Sequence record: NC_042013.1
DNA length: 64,000 bases
Reading direction: 5' to 3' (one strand)
The translations under genes were made by a program, and so were the position numbers. How positions within the stretch are numbered: position 1 is the stretch's first letter; each line of letters opens with the position of its first letter. The notes beneath the pieces are model-generated. The model was not told where the DNA came from and did not search any database. It saw only the letters and a list, made by a program, of their open reading frames with translations. Below are positions 1 to 8,970 of the stretch, piece after piece.

Positions 1-134
1 GGCTTGGAAATATAAGCCTCATCGATCAACTCACGGTATAACCTGATCTGTTTTTTATAAACATTCCACTTATATACATCACGTATAAGGTTCGGTAACA
101 AACCGCTATATACGCGTGTTTTTCGAACGACCAT
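1..134 (-). CDS. Hypothetical protein, 5' part only (runs off the window edge)
   Basis: Manual translation from ATG at 134: MVVRKTRVYSGLLPNLIRDVYKWNVYKKQIRLYRELIDEAYISK, open to base 1; TATAAATA upstream at 154-161. Confidence 0.35.
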   Translation of the reverse strand, partial: MVVRKTRVYSGLLPNLIRDVYKWNVYKKQIRLYRELIDEAYISK

Positions 135-205
135 CTGGTCGAACGCTCAAGGTTATTTATAAAGCATTATATTGCTAAAATCAAATTAAAATGTTAATGA
201 TTTTA

Positions 206-234
206 TAAAAAGAAAGGCGGGGATGAACCCGCCT
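206..234 (-). terminator. Rho-independent terminator after infC
   Basis: AGGCGGG-gatgaa-CCCGCCT stem (215-234) followed by a T-rich tract on the minus strand. Confidence 0.7.
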
Positions 235-243
235 AATTTATGA

Positions 244-747
244 TCACTTCGCTTGGCGAATTGTCATAGCAAGGTCACGACCAAGATCGCTGGTTGGCGA
301 ATCAATTTCATAAACGCCTACGCTTTCAAGGAACGTGTTAAGAATGTTCTGGCCGAGTTCCTTATGAGACGTTTCGCGTCCCTTAAATCGAATAACGACA
401 CGAACCTTGTCGCCGTCATTAAGAAAACCCTTTGCCTTCTTGGCCTTAATCTGAATATCACGGGTGTCCGTTACAGGTCGCAACTGGATTTCCTTGACTT
501 CAGAAACAGACTTACGTGAATTCTTCTTGATTTCTTTCTGACGCTTTTCATTTTCATACTGGAACTTGCCGTAATCAATGATCTTACAAACAGGAATATC
601 ACCCTTATCAGAGATCAATACCAAATCAAGTTCGGCATCAAAAGCGCGATCAAGTGCGTCTTCAATGTCGAGGACCGTTGTTTCTTCACCGTCAACCAAA
701 CGAATTGTGGAGGACTTGATGTCGTCTCGGGTACTAATTTTATTCAC
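244..747 (-). CDS. infC: Translation initiation factor IF-3
   Basis: Both IF-3 domains: IRLVD..LDLVLIS..PVCKIIDYGKFQYE and VKEIQLRP..FLNDGDKVRVVIRFKGRE; GTG start with AAGGAG RBS. Confidence 0.93.
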   Translation of the reverse strand: MNKISTRDDIKSSTIRLVDGEETTVLDIEDALDRAFDAELDLVLISDKGDIPVCKIIDYGKFQYENEKRQKEIKKNSRKSVSEVKEIQLRPVTDTRDIQIKAKKAKGFLNDGDKVRVVIRFKGRETSHKELGQNILNTFLESVGVYEIDSPTSDLGRDLAMTIRQAK

Positions 748-806
748 GTATATGTTACTCCTTATGTTGTTAACGAATTAAGAAATACCACTTTGAATAA
801 CAGGTG

Positions 807-2066
807 TCAACCTAACAAACGATCTTTTTCTAAAATAATCATTGGATCGGCGTTGTTAGTAATGAAGTCTTTGCTAATGATAACCTCAATAACTCCCTTT
901 TTACGCAAATCAGGAAGATCGAATTGAAGTTTGGTTAGCTTCTTTTCAAGAATGGTACGCAATCCACGTGCGCCAACTTTTTTATCAATTGCTTGTTCGG
1001 CTATTTCAACAAGAGCCTCGTAATCAAACGTGAGAGTAATACCATCAAGTTTGAACAATTCTTGATATTGGCGAATAATTGCATTCTTTGGTTCAGTAAG
1101 AACTTGAATGAGTTGGTCGACTGTTAATTCCTCAAGATGAGCGGAAATACCCAAACGTCCGATTAATTCTGGTATCATGCCAAACTTAACAAAATCTTCG
1201 GTAGAAACTTGGGATAATAGTTTTCCAGCATATTCCAATTTTTCACGCTTTGTTTTAGGATGACCGGTAAACCCAAATGATGAATCAAAACCATCATTGC
1301 TAAGTCGATCTTCGATTATTTTTTCAAGACCAACGAATGCCCCACCAACTATGAACAAAATAGAACTGGTGTCGACAACTGTCATTTCCGAAGATGGGTT
1401 TTTTCTACCACCTTGTGGGGTAACACGAACCTCTGTTCCTTCGATGATTTTCAAAAGTGCTTGTTGTACGCCTTCACCGGAAACATCTCTTGAAGCACTG
1501 GTGCCTTCAGCTTTTTTTGCCTTCTTGTCGATTTCATCTAGAAAGATTATACCTCTTTCCGCTTTTTTAACATCACCGCCTGCGGCATTTAAAAGTCGTG
1601 TGATAATGGATTCTACATCATCACCAACATAACCAGATTCTGTTAATGAAGTAGCGTCCGCTATTGCAAACGGAACATCCAATAATTTTGCAATCGCTTT
1701 AGCTATTAGAGTTTTACCTGAACCGGAATTTCCAATGAGCATCAAGTTTGTTTTATCTAATTCCACATCATTTATAACTTTATGGTTGATGCGCTTATAA
1801 TGACTTGATACTGCAACAGATACAGTAATTTTAGCTTCATCTTGACCAATAACATATTGATCTAAGAAATTCTTGACTTCTTTTGGTGTAATATCTTTAG
1901 TATGTTCGATGCCTTTTTTAAGGGTAGAAGTATTATGAATTGTATCGTGGCATAAATCTATGCAACTATCACAAATGAATACATTTGAACCAGATATCAA
2001 TTTTTTAACTTCGTACTGGTTCTTACCACAAAAAGAACATTTCAACGGTTCTCTGTCATCACGCAT
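807..2066 (-). CDS. clpX: ATP-dependent Clp protease ATPase subunit ClpX
   Basis: C4 zinc finger CSFC..CDSC, Walker A GNSGSGKT, GYVG pore loop, Walker B FLDEIDK, RDVSGEGVQQALLK, GARGLR. Confidence 0.95.
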   Translation of the reverse strand: MRDDREPLKCSFCGKNQYEVKKLISGSNVFICDSCIDLCHDTIHNTSTLKKGIEHTKDITPKEVKNFLDQYVIGQDEAKITVSVAVSSHYKRINHKVINDVELDKTNLMLIGNSGSGKTLIAKAIAKLLDVPFAIADATSLTESGYVGDDVESIITRLLNAAGGDVKKAERGIIFLDEIDKKAKKAEGTSASRDVSGEGVQQALLKIIEGTEVRVTPQGGRKNPSSEMTVVDTSSILFIVGGAFVGLEKIIEDRLSNDGFDSSFGFTGHPKTKREKLEYAGKLLSQVSTEDFVKFGMIPELIGRLGISAHLEELTVDQLIQVLTEPKNAIIRQYQELFKLDGITLTFDYEALVEIAEQAIDKKVGARGLRTILEKKLTKLQFDLPDLRKKGVIEVIISKDFITNNADPMIILEKDRLLG

Positions 2067-2102
2067 TCATATGTATCCCTACGAAGGAGTAGTCTATACA
2101 TA

Positions 2103-2109
2103 TATTTAT
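2103..2109 (-). promoter_or_regulatory. Putative late-type promoter (ATAAATA) upstream of clpX
   Basis: Same heptamer recurs in short intergenic gaps before many structural genes; the motif is also common by chance in AT-rich DNA. Confidence 0.4.
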
Positions 2110-2143
2110 TAACCTTTATTAATATAGCAAATGAACCATTTGC

Positions 2144-2491
2144 TTATTTAGAAACAAATGGTTCACCTGTGATGTAAAATGGTGTGACAGCCGTATATTT
2201 TGTTGTGATTTTATTAGAATCAACCGGCTTTGCATCTGACTTTGAATCGACGCTAAGCGTCACGTGATACATTTTCCCATCGGCGCGATATTCGGTTCCG
2301 TTAACACGAACGACAATACACTCGATTTTGGAATCTTCTGCGTAACCGATGACTTCAATGGTTGCGATTTCCGGCATATTGCCAGAAAGCTCTTTGGTTA
2401 CGTGATGGGCAATAACTCTATCGAATTTCGGAGGGAAAACCTCGAGGATTTTATTTCTCGATTTCTCATCAATAACCCAACCAGAATACAT
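2144..2491 (-). CDS. 2H phosphoesterase-family protein
   Basis: Two spaced HxT motifs (AHHVTK, MYHVTLS) in a 115-aa protein. Confidence 0.65.
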   Translation of the reverse strand: MYSGWVIDEKSRNKILEVFPPKFDRVIAHHVTKELSGNMPEIATIEVIGYAEDSKIECIVVRVNGTEYRADGKMYHVTLSVDSKSDAKPVDSNKITTKYTAVTPFYITGEPFVSK

Positions 2492-2644
2492 TCTTCACCT
2501 CCGTTAAAAATATTGAAAAACGATATCATTTAACAGTAACCTTGTCAAGCTGCTAAATAACTCGTCGGAGGTTAAAATTTAATTTTGACTTTTAAACCTC
2601 TGTTTTGGCACAATTAGCACAACTTAACTTTTGAAGATGGTAAC

Positions 2645-4513
2645 ATGACTGAAATCAAAAAGAAAACAGACTACCAACATATTCGACTACGAGTCCCTAT
2701 GTATCTTGGTTCACCTGATCCCCATACACAACAAATCATTTCCTATGACAACGGCCAGCCTATTCTTGCAGAGATGACGTGGGTTCCTGCTCTTTACACA
2801 GGATTTCGTGAAATTATTGATAACGCTCTTGACGAGGTTGTCGGTCACGGATTTGGTAATAGAATTGACATCACCTATAATGAAAAAGATTTGATTTTTT
2901 CTGTGAAAGATAATGGTCGTGGTATTCCTATCACTTATGATGAAGAGCATCAGATGTATGCTGCGACAATGGCTCTAACAGAACCAAAAGCAGGCCGTAA
3001 CTTTGAGGAACGCGGTGCGGTGGCTGGAACTAACGGTATCGGCGCGTCAGCGACTAACATTACGGCAGAATATTTTAATTTTGAGATTGTTCGTGATGGG
3101 AAAAAATTCAAACAGCGTTGTACCGAGGGCAACGTAGTTCTTGGTGATTATCTTCAGATTTTTGATCCAGAAATTACCAAATCAGCGTCTTCATCTTATA
3201 CGTACATCGAATATAAACCATCGCGAGAAGTTTACAAACATCGTATTCTTCCAGAACAATTCGTTAAAGATCGATTGTATGAAATTGCTGTTGCAAATCC
3301 AGATATCAAGATTAGTTACAATGGTGAAGTTATTAAGGTAAAGCTTCGTCCAGAACAAAACTTGTTCCCGAACAAGAAGCCTATCATTATTGAACATCAT
3401 AATGAAAATATGAGAGTTAAGTTTTGGCTATTACCTGAATGGTCTAAAGAAAATGAATTTATGACGACTATCGTTAATAACATTAATGCGTTTAACGGTG
3501 GTGTTCATATGGAAACCTTTAGACGTTCTTTCTTGACGAATTTCTTAAATTCACTTACGAAGGAAAGCAAACGTCGCAAGTTGCAGCCTAATAGATCGGA
3601 CGTAACCGAAGGATTGCTGATTTATAACATCACCGTTATGAATGCTCCGAATTTCGATTCTCAGTCAAAGACTCGTCTTATCAATGAAGAGGTTGAAAAG
3701 GAACTGAAGAAGGCATTTGATGATGAGGCTCTTTATAAGAACATCATCAAGAAAAATCCTGAATGGATCGAGGCTATTTTCGAACGTTGTGCACGACGCA
3801 CTATGAAGAAAGATGCATCCGAGATTGAAAAGATTGCAAAGAAGAATAGCCGTCTGAAAATTGCAAAGCTTATGGATGCTACCGGTAAGGACCGTTCTAA
3901 ATGTATCCTTCTTCTTGGCGAGGGTGATTCGGCTATTGCAGGTGCGGCAGCTGTTCGTGATCCAGAAATTCATGGTGGCCTACCATTGCGAGGTAAGGTT
4001 TTAAACGTTACCGGCGAAGACTTGAAAAAGGTCGTCAACAATGCAGAATTGATTAATATTACTACATCATTAGGATTGGTAATCGGTCAAAAAGCTGATC
4101 GTGAAAATATGCGTTATGGTCAAGTTTACATTGCTACCGATAGTGATGAGGACGGTAAGAATATTGCAGCGTTGCTGGTTAATTTTTTCAACACTTTTTG
4201 GCCAGAACTTTTAGAAGATACTGAAAAGCCATTTTTGAATATTTTCCAAACTCCATTTATTATTATGGAAAAAGGAAAGCAACGTCAGTATGTTTATGCA
4301 CATAACTATAGTGAATTTGATCCTAAGGATTATTCTGGTTGGCAAATTATCAGAGCTAAAGGTCTTGGTACACTTGAAGAAGTGGATTGGAAGTATGCAT
4401 TGGATAATCCACTGTTGTTTCCAATTATCAAGGATGAAAATCTAAACGATACCCTTGATCTTATCTTTAATGAAAAACGCGCCGATGATCGTAAAGAATG
4501 GATCGGGATGTAA
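2645..4513 (+). CDS. Type II DNA topoisomerase, ATPase/TOPRIM subunit (T4 gp39+gp60-like)
   Basis: GHKL motifs EIIDNALDE, DNGRGIP, GTNGIG; TOPRIM EGDSA, PLRGKVLN, ATDSDEDG, KGLG. Confidence 0.95.
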   Translation: MTEIKKKTDYQHIRLRVPMYLGSPDPHTQQIISYDNGQPILAEMTWVPALYTGFREIIDNALDEVVGHGFGNRIDITYNEKDLIFSVKDNGRGIPITYDEEHQMYAATMALTEPKAGRNFEERGAVAGTNGIGASATNITAEYFNFEIVRDGKKFKQRCTEGNVVLGDYLQIFDPEITKSASSSYTYIEYKPSREVYKHRILPEQFVKDRLYEIAVANPDIKISYNGEVIKVKLRPEQNLFPNKKPIIIEHHNENMRVKFWLLPEWSKENEFMTTIVNNINAFNGGVHMETFRRSFLTNFLNSLTKESKRRKLQPNRSDVTEGLLIYNITVMNAPNFDSQSKTRLINEEVEKELKKAFDDEALYKNIIKKNPEWIEAIFERCARRTMKKDASEIEKIAKKNSRLKIAKLMDATGKDRSKCILLLGEGDSAIAGAAAVRDPEIHGGLPLRGKVLNVTGEDLKKVVNNAELINITTSLGLVIGQKADRENMRYGQVYIATDSDEDGKNIAALLVNFFNTFWPELLEDTEKPFLNIFQTPFIIMEKGKQRQYVYAHNYSEFDPKDYSGWQIIRAKGLGTLEEVDWKYALDNPLLFPIIKDENLNDTLDLIFNEKRADDRKEWIGM

Positions 4514-4523
4514 GGAAAATAAA

Positions 4524-5885
4524 ATGTCAACAAAACAAAAAACACCAGCAAGCGATTTTATTCGCCAAACATCAAGAGAATATTCTATTTACGTTTGTCA
4601 ACATCGCGCAATTCCGTCCGTTATTGATGGATTTAAAGATGTTCAGAGAAAGCTAACGTGGACCTTGAAAAGCAAAGCTGAAAAAATTAAAACCGTTGCG
4701 CTTGGTTCAGAAATTATTTCAACAGAGCTTTACCTCCACGGTGATGCAAGCTCGAGTGCTGCCGCAGGTTTGATGGCAGCACCATATGTAAACAACATTC
4801 CGTTGTTTACAGGAATAGGCACATTCGGTACACGCGTGTCACCTGTTGACGGTATCGGTGCGCCACGTTACACGTACGTAAAGAAGGGTAAGGCCCTTGA
4901 AAAGCTAATCCTGACGGATTCTGACATCGTTCCTCTTGTCGAGAACCATGATGGTTCACGATTGTTGGCTGCATACTTCCTTCCCCTTATACCAACTGTT
5001 CTGTTAAATGGCAGTTCTGGTATTGCGGTTGGTTGGTCAACAGAAATTTTGCGCCGTAAGTTTAGTGATCTTGTAGATGCGAGTATTGCTGTTCTGGAAG
5101 GTAAAAAGATTAAAAGGCTTGTTCCTCATTATGAATTGTACAATATCGGTGTTAATCACGTTGAAGGTAACACTTGGGAATTTGTAGGGTCAGTTACAGT
5201 TAAAGATGCAAGCACCCTTCACGTGACAGAACTTCCACCGGATTTATCTCTTGAAAAATTCAAGGAACGTTTGAATACCATGGAAGAAACAGGTTCTATC
5301 AACACCTACATTGATAATAGTACCAAGACGATTGATATTACTATTAAAATGCCTCGTGGTGCAGTTAAGGGTTGGAATCAAAATACCGCCATTGATTTTC
5401 TAAAATTAAAGCAAAAGAAAACGGAGCGTATCGTTGTTGTTGACTTCGGTGGAGATACTATTAAGCAATATGATACTGCTGAGGAAGTAATCAAGAAGTT
5501 CGTTGAATGGCGCTTAGCGTGGTACGAAACACGATACGAAAAAATGTTACGTGATGCTACTCATAAACGCAATTATTATCATGCTATCAAAAAATGCTTT
5601 GATGATAAATTTCCAGCAAAACTTACTGGTTTCAAGAACAAAAAAGAAGTATCAGATTCTATTAGATTGATTTGTAAAGACATCCCGTTGGATGACAACC
5701 AGATTGAAAATATCACCGGTTTATCATCATATCGTTGGGCAAAAGATTATTATGAAGATGTCCTTAATAACATTGCTGAATTGGATAGTAAGATCGCAGA
5801 ATACGAATTGATCTTAAGTAGTGAAGAAATTCGTAGAGAAATTTATAAAACCGAATTGATTGAACTTCGTAAAGAAAAATTCTAA
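4524..5885 (+). CDS. Type II DNA topoisomerase, breakage-reunion subunit (T4 gp52-like)
   Basis: RAIPSVIDGFKDVQRK, YLHGDAS, catalytic APRY; start moved to ATG 4524 after AAGGAAA. Confidence 0.93.
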   Translation: MSTKQKTPASDFIRQTSREYSIYVCQHRAIPSVIDGFKDVQRKLTWTLKSKAEKIKTVALGSEIISTELYLHGDASSSAAAGLMAAPYVNNIPLFTGIGTFGTRVSPVDGIGAPRYTYVKKGKALEKLILTDSDIVPLVENHDGSRLLAAYFLPLIPTVLLNGSSGIAVGWSTEILRRKFSDLVDASIAVLEGKKIKRLVPHYELYNIGVNHVEGNTWEFVGSVTVKDASTLHVTELPPDLSLEKFKERLNTMEETGSINTYIDNSTKTIDITIKMPRGAVKGWNQNTAIDFLKLKQKKTERIVVVDFGGDTIKQYDTAEEVIKKFVEWRLAWYETRYEKMLRDATHKRNYYHAIKKCFDDKFPAKLTGFKNKKEVSDSIRLICKDIPLDDNQIENITGLSSYRWAKDYYEDVLNNIAELDSKIAEYELILSSEEIRREIYKTELIELRKEKF

Positions 5886-5888
5886 AAG

Positions 5889-5914
5889 AAAAAGGGGCTT
5901 TAAGCCCCTTTTTT
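5889..5914. terminator. Bidirectional rho-independent terminator
   Basis: AAAAAGGGGCT-TTA-AGCCCCTTTTTT between convergent genes. Confidence 0.85.
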
Positions 5915-6191
5915 ACTTCCAGATGATCTTGAAATTCTGTGCAAGGCGAACGCCCTGAATATCCCAACCCATTTCTTTGAGTTCACTTCCACGATAAACT
6001 TGTTGGTGAACGACATTGGTTTCATCACCAAAACCAACGAGCATCTTTTCAACTTCCTCGGTACGATCCCGCCAATATTCACCGTCATTGTATTTGTCAC
6101 TGGCGCGAATTACTGCAATAGCTTCGAATGACATGTTCGATGCCACCTTAAGCCATATCGGAGCGAAATCGTATGTTTCAAAAATAAGCAT
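5913..6191 (-). CDS. Hypothetical protein (92 aa)
   Basis: ATG 6191 with AGGAG RBS; ORF-track extension to 6320 overlaps the next gene. Confidence 0.7.
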   Translation of the reverse strand: MLIFETYDFAPIWLKVASNMSFEAIAVIRASDKYNDGEYWRDRTEEVEKMLVGFGDETNVVHQQVYRGSELKEMGWDIQGVRLAQNFKIIWK

Positions 6192-6207
6192 TTTTCGTCT
6201 CCTATTG

Positions 6208-6459
6208 TTACTTGATAAGTTCAACAAGATCGGCGTAATGGATATAAACTTCATTAAGGCTGTAAGCATGGCCCCTTTCATATGCCTTGCTATAAAGAAG
6301 GTCTGCTTTAGGATTATCAACTACCCCGAATTCTTCTGCAAGATCATTCTGGAATTGACGTTCAAGAATCGCAACCTCTTTGCGGAATTCTTCAGGACCG
6401 TCAGCATAAAAAATATTAGGCTTGTATTCGCCGTTAGTAAGCTTCTGATAAACGTTCAT
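6208..6459 (-). CDS. Hypothetical early protein
   Basis: AAGGAG RBS; directly behind repeated promoter. Confidence 0.75.
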   Translation of the reverse strand: MNVYQKLTNGEYKPNIFYADGPEEFRKEVAILERQFQNDLAEEFGVVDNPKADLLYSKAYERGHAYSLNEVYIHYADLVELIK

Positions 6460-6477
6460 AATATTGTCTCCTTCATT

Positions 6478-6520
6478 CGTTTCGATGATTTAGTTATACA
6501 TTATTGAAAAATAATGTCAA
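6478..6520 (-). promoter_or_regulatory. Repeated sigma70-like early promoter element (degenerate copy)
   Basis: TTGACA-N16-TATAAC then TAAATCATCGAAACG; near-identical to copies at 6926, 7308, 29097. Confidence 0.8.
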
Positions 6521-6525
6521 CACTT

Positions 6526-6909
6526 TTATTCGTGTTGATATTGAGGATATTCTTTTTCGAAATACCCGTAAGGAAGGTTGAAATGGTATGCAGCATACGA
6601 ACCGCGATAAATTTCAACATCTGCGGTGATATCTTCGGCATCAAAAATCCAACGAAGAGCGGTCTCGCGATCTTTTGCACCGGACTCGATAACTTCGGCA
6701 ACCCGTACTTCGAATTTTTTAGCCGAAGCTTCTTTTTCGGCGGTTTCCCGGTCAATCGTTTCGCAAACAGCGGCAGACAATTCGTCTGCTTCGGCCTGAA
6801 GCTGTTCCATCGTCAAAGAGTTGTAATATTCCCAATTACCGGGACGAAAACCATATGCATCTTTGTGAGCATCGCTAATGTAGGAAAGAAGGGTTTTACG
6901 GTCGGTCAT
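6526..6909 (-). CDS. Hypothetical early protein
   Basis: AAGGAG RBS; directly behind repeated promoter. Confidence 0.8.
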   Translation of the reverse strand: MTDRKTLLSYISDAHKDAYGFRPGNWEYYNSLTMEQLQAEADELSAAVCETIDRETAEKEASAKKFEVRVAEVIESGAKDRETALRWIFDAEDITADVEIYRGSYAAYHFNLPYGYFEKEYPQYQHE

Positions 6910-6925
6910 AACAATCTCCTTAACT

Positions 6926-6968
6926 CGTTTCGATGATGTAGTTATACACCATCGAAAAATAATGTCAA
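6926..6968 (-). promoter_or_regulatory. Repeated sigma70-like early promoter with inverted repeat around -10
   Basis: TTGACATTATTTTTCGATGGTGTATAACTACATCATCGAAACG. Confidence 0.85.
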
Positions 6969-6977
6969 TAGATTATT

Positions 6978-7292
6978 TTAGGCCGTAAGAGAAATAATCC
7001 AGTCAGTAAGAGACAATTCCGAACCAGAATTTTTCCAACGATTGTGGAGCATTACATTCTGATTTTCGGAAAATTCAATCTTAATTTTGCACTGAACCGT
7101 AAATTGGTCATCGTTCAGGGACGCAACTTTTTGAGAATTAAAAATGCTTCTGTGAACAATACGAAAATTGTGTGTATCATTTTCAACATGAACACTACCA
7201 TTCGAAGGGAGCCAATAAACAACACCGGATACTGTTCCAGCGGATGTTTCCAAAATGACGTTATCACCGATTTTCAAATTAGAATCAGACAT
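6978..7292 (-). CDS. Hypothetical early protein
   Basis: AGGAG RBS; directly behind repeated promoter. Confidence 0.75.
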   Translation of the reverse strand: MSDSNLKIGDNVILETSAGTVSGVVYWLPSNGSVHVENDTHNFRIVHRSIFNSQKVASLNDDQFTVQCKIKIEFSENQNVMLHNRWKNSGSELSLTDWIISLTA

Positions 7293-7307
7293 GACTTACT
7301 CCTATAA

Positions 7308-7350
7308 CGTTTCGATGATGTAGCTATACACCATCGAAAAATAATGTCAA
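7308..7350 (-). promoter_or_regulatory. Repeated sigma70-like early promoter with inverted repeat
   Basis: TTGACATTATTTTTCGATGGTGTATAGCTACATCATCGAAACG; one mismatch to the 6926 copy. Confidence 0.85.
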
Positions 7351-7736
7351 ATCTTTTTTTCTAAAAATACTCCTTTGTGCAATACCCATCGATATTGACC
7401 AAGCAAAAAACCATCTCGCAATTCATCCTTGTCTACTAAGTTCTTGAAATGTTTATCAGATATTTCAAGTGCAAACCCACGAGGATCAAAGACTCGATAT
7501 CGAGTATGATATTTGTTATTGTAAAAATGTTCTACCGGTGACAAGCTAATTCTAAATCCATATTGAAAGTCATTAGGAATCACCACAGGTTCTTTGCAAA
7601 TAAGACGATCATTCCACATTTCTATATCTCGTTTTTTTGCAGCACTTTCATTATTATCAACTGCGAAACCTAAAATAATGTCATTACCAGTTTCACCATC
7701 AATTCTTTCGCCAAATCCAATGTACATTTCTCTCAT
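7347..7736 (-). CDS. Hypothetical protein with DPRGF motif
   Basis: YRVFDPRGFALEI block shared with the 7960-8970 protein. Confidence 0.75.
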   Translation of the reverse strand: MREMYIGFGERIDGETGNDIILGFAVDNNESAAKKRDIEMWNDRLICKEPVVIPNDFQYGFRISLSPVEHFYNNKYHTRYRVFDPRGFALEISDKHFKNLVDKDELRDGFLLGQYRWVLHKGVFLEKKI

Positions 7737-7960
7737 AATTTGTCGCCCTTACTTAATATTACTATTTGATTCAGGTCATCAATAAGTTTAGAACGTTTAC
7801 TTTCATATTCCTTATTGATTTTTTTAATTTCCTCATATAGCGGTATAAGAGCTAAGTCTCGTTCTTTTAAAATGGTTTGTAATTCTTCATTAATATCATC
7901 CAATGAATCAGAACAAAGTATGCCTACCGTGTCATTTATAATGTACGTCATCGCTTGCAT
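7733..7960 (-). CDS. Small coiled-coil hypothetical protein
   Basis: Coupled overlaps with both neighbours; heptad-like C-terminal half. Confidence 0.65.
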   Translation of the reverse strand: MQAMTYIINDTVGILCSDSLDDINEELQTILKERDLALIPLYEEIKKINKEYESKRSKLIDDLNQIVILSKGDKL

Positions 7961-8970
7961 TAGACAATAGTCTCCATTCCATTCTCGTCTTCCAAAAAAT
8001 ACTCAATGTAAGTAAATGTAGTATTCGTTGGCAGACTGTTCATTGATATTCGATATGCTTGGTTCATATCAAAAGTTTCATCAAAAATTCTAAAGGTTAT
8101 AGACTTACCGTATTCTTGAGGAAATGCGGTTATATACTCAGACTTTCGTCTACTCGGCATGATAAAAAAGGAAATTTTGTCATCATGAACTTCGATAAGA
8201 GCTTTTCTATTATCCTCCATTTTAAAGTCAGAAATAGGCTTCGTTACTAACCTGCTTCGTAAAAGGAGATTCGGAGAATGTGAGACTACATTATAATAGC
8301 GATCTCTCCCGTCGAGTTTAAAATAAGTACCCTTGGTAGTTGTAAACTCCACAGGCTTTTTATTAGGTGAACGATGGCGCAAAATATTAAATTTGTTAGA
8401 AGCAACAACGTGCTTTGGATTAAAATCTTTGCCATCAAGTTCATAGTAGGTATGTTGATTATAAAGAGGTATAATGTTGGATGTTGTATCAACGTAAAAA
8501 CCGTAGTTTCCAACATACTGCAATTCAGTACCGTTTTTTAGAGTTACGATATTTCCAATAGGAACGTCCTCTTGACTAATATACGTTTTTGGTTTTAATG
8601 CTTCTTCCAGCCTTTTTGAATTGTTCTTCATTAGCAATGATACACCGTTTCGGACAGCCCACACGCATTCATCAGTTATGATGCCGTCAATGACGGTAGA
8701 TTCTAGCATCAATTGAAATATATTTGTGGTGTTACACCGGATTATAAATCCTCGTGGATCGAGAATGTTAACGGTTGGTTGACGCTTTGTAACATTGAAA
8801 TCCTCCTCCGAAACGATGATTCTAAATCCGGTCAATGGAACATTTTCAAAAGACATGGCTTTACCCGTAGAGCTATGTGACGTAGCACCACGTTTATTAC
8901 GCGGAGTGAACAAACATGTTACCCCATTCAAATCTGTTGAAACATACATCGTTGGATGAACAACTGTCAT
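7960..8970 (-). CDS. Hypothetical protein with DPRGF motif
   Basis: 336-aa ORF; VNILDPRGFIIRC block. Confidence 0.8.
   Translation of the reverse strand: MTVVHPTMYVSTDLNGVTCLFTPRNKRGATSHSSTGKAMSFENVPLTGFRIIVSEEDFNVTKRQPTVNILDPRGFIIRCNTTNIFQLMLESTVIDGIITDECVWAVRNGVSLLMKNNSKRLEEALKPKTYISQEDVPIGNIVTLKNGTELQYVGNYGFYVDTTSNIIPLYNQHTYYELDGKDFNPKHVVASNKFNILRHRSPNKKPVEFTTTKGTYFKLDGRDRYYNVVSHSPNLLLRSRLVTKPISDFKMEDNRKALIEVHDDKISFFIMPSRRKSEYITAFPQEYGKSITFRIFDETFDMNQAYRISMNSLPTNTTFTYIEYFLEDENGMETIV

Noticed and set aside
6478-7350. 43-nt palindromic repeats as a CRISPR array
   Set aside because: Copies are separated by whole genes of 300-400 nt rather than 30-40-nt spacers, contain -35/-10 boxes, and no cas genes are present.
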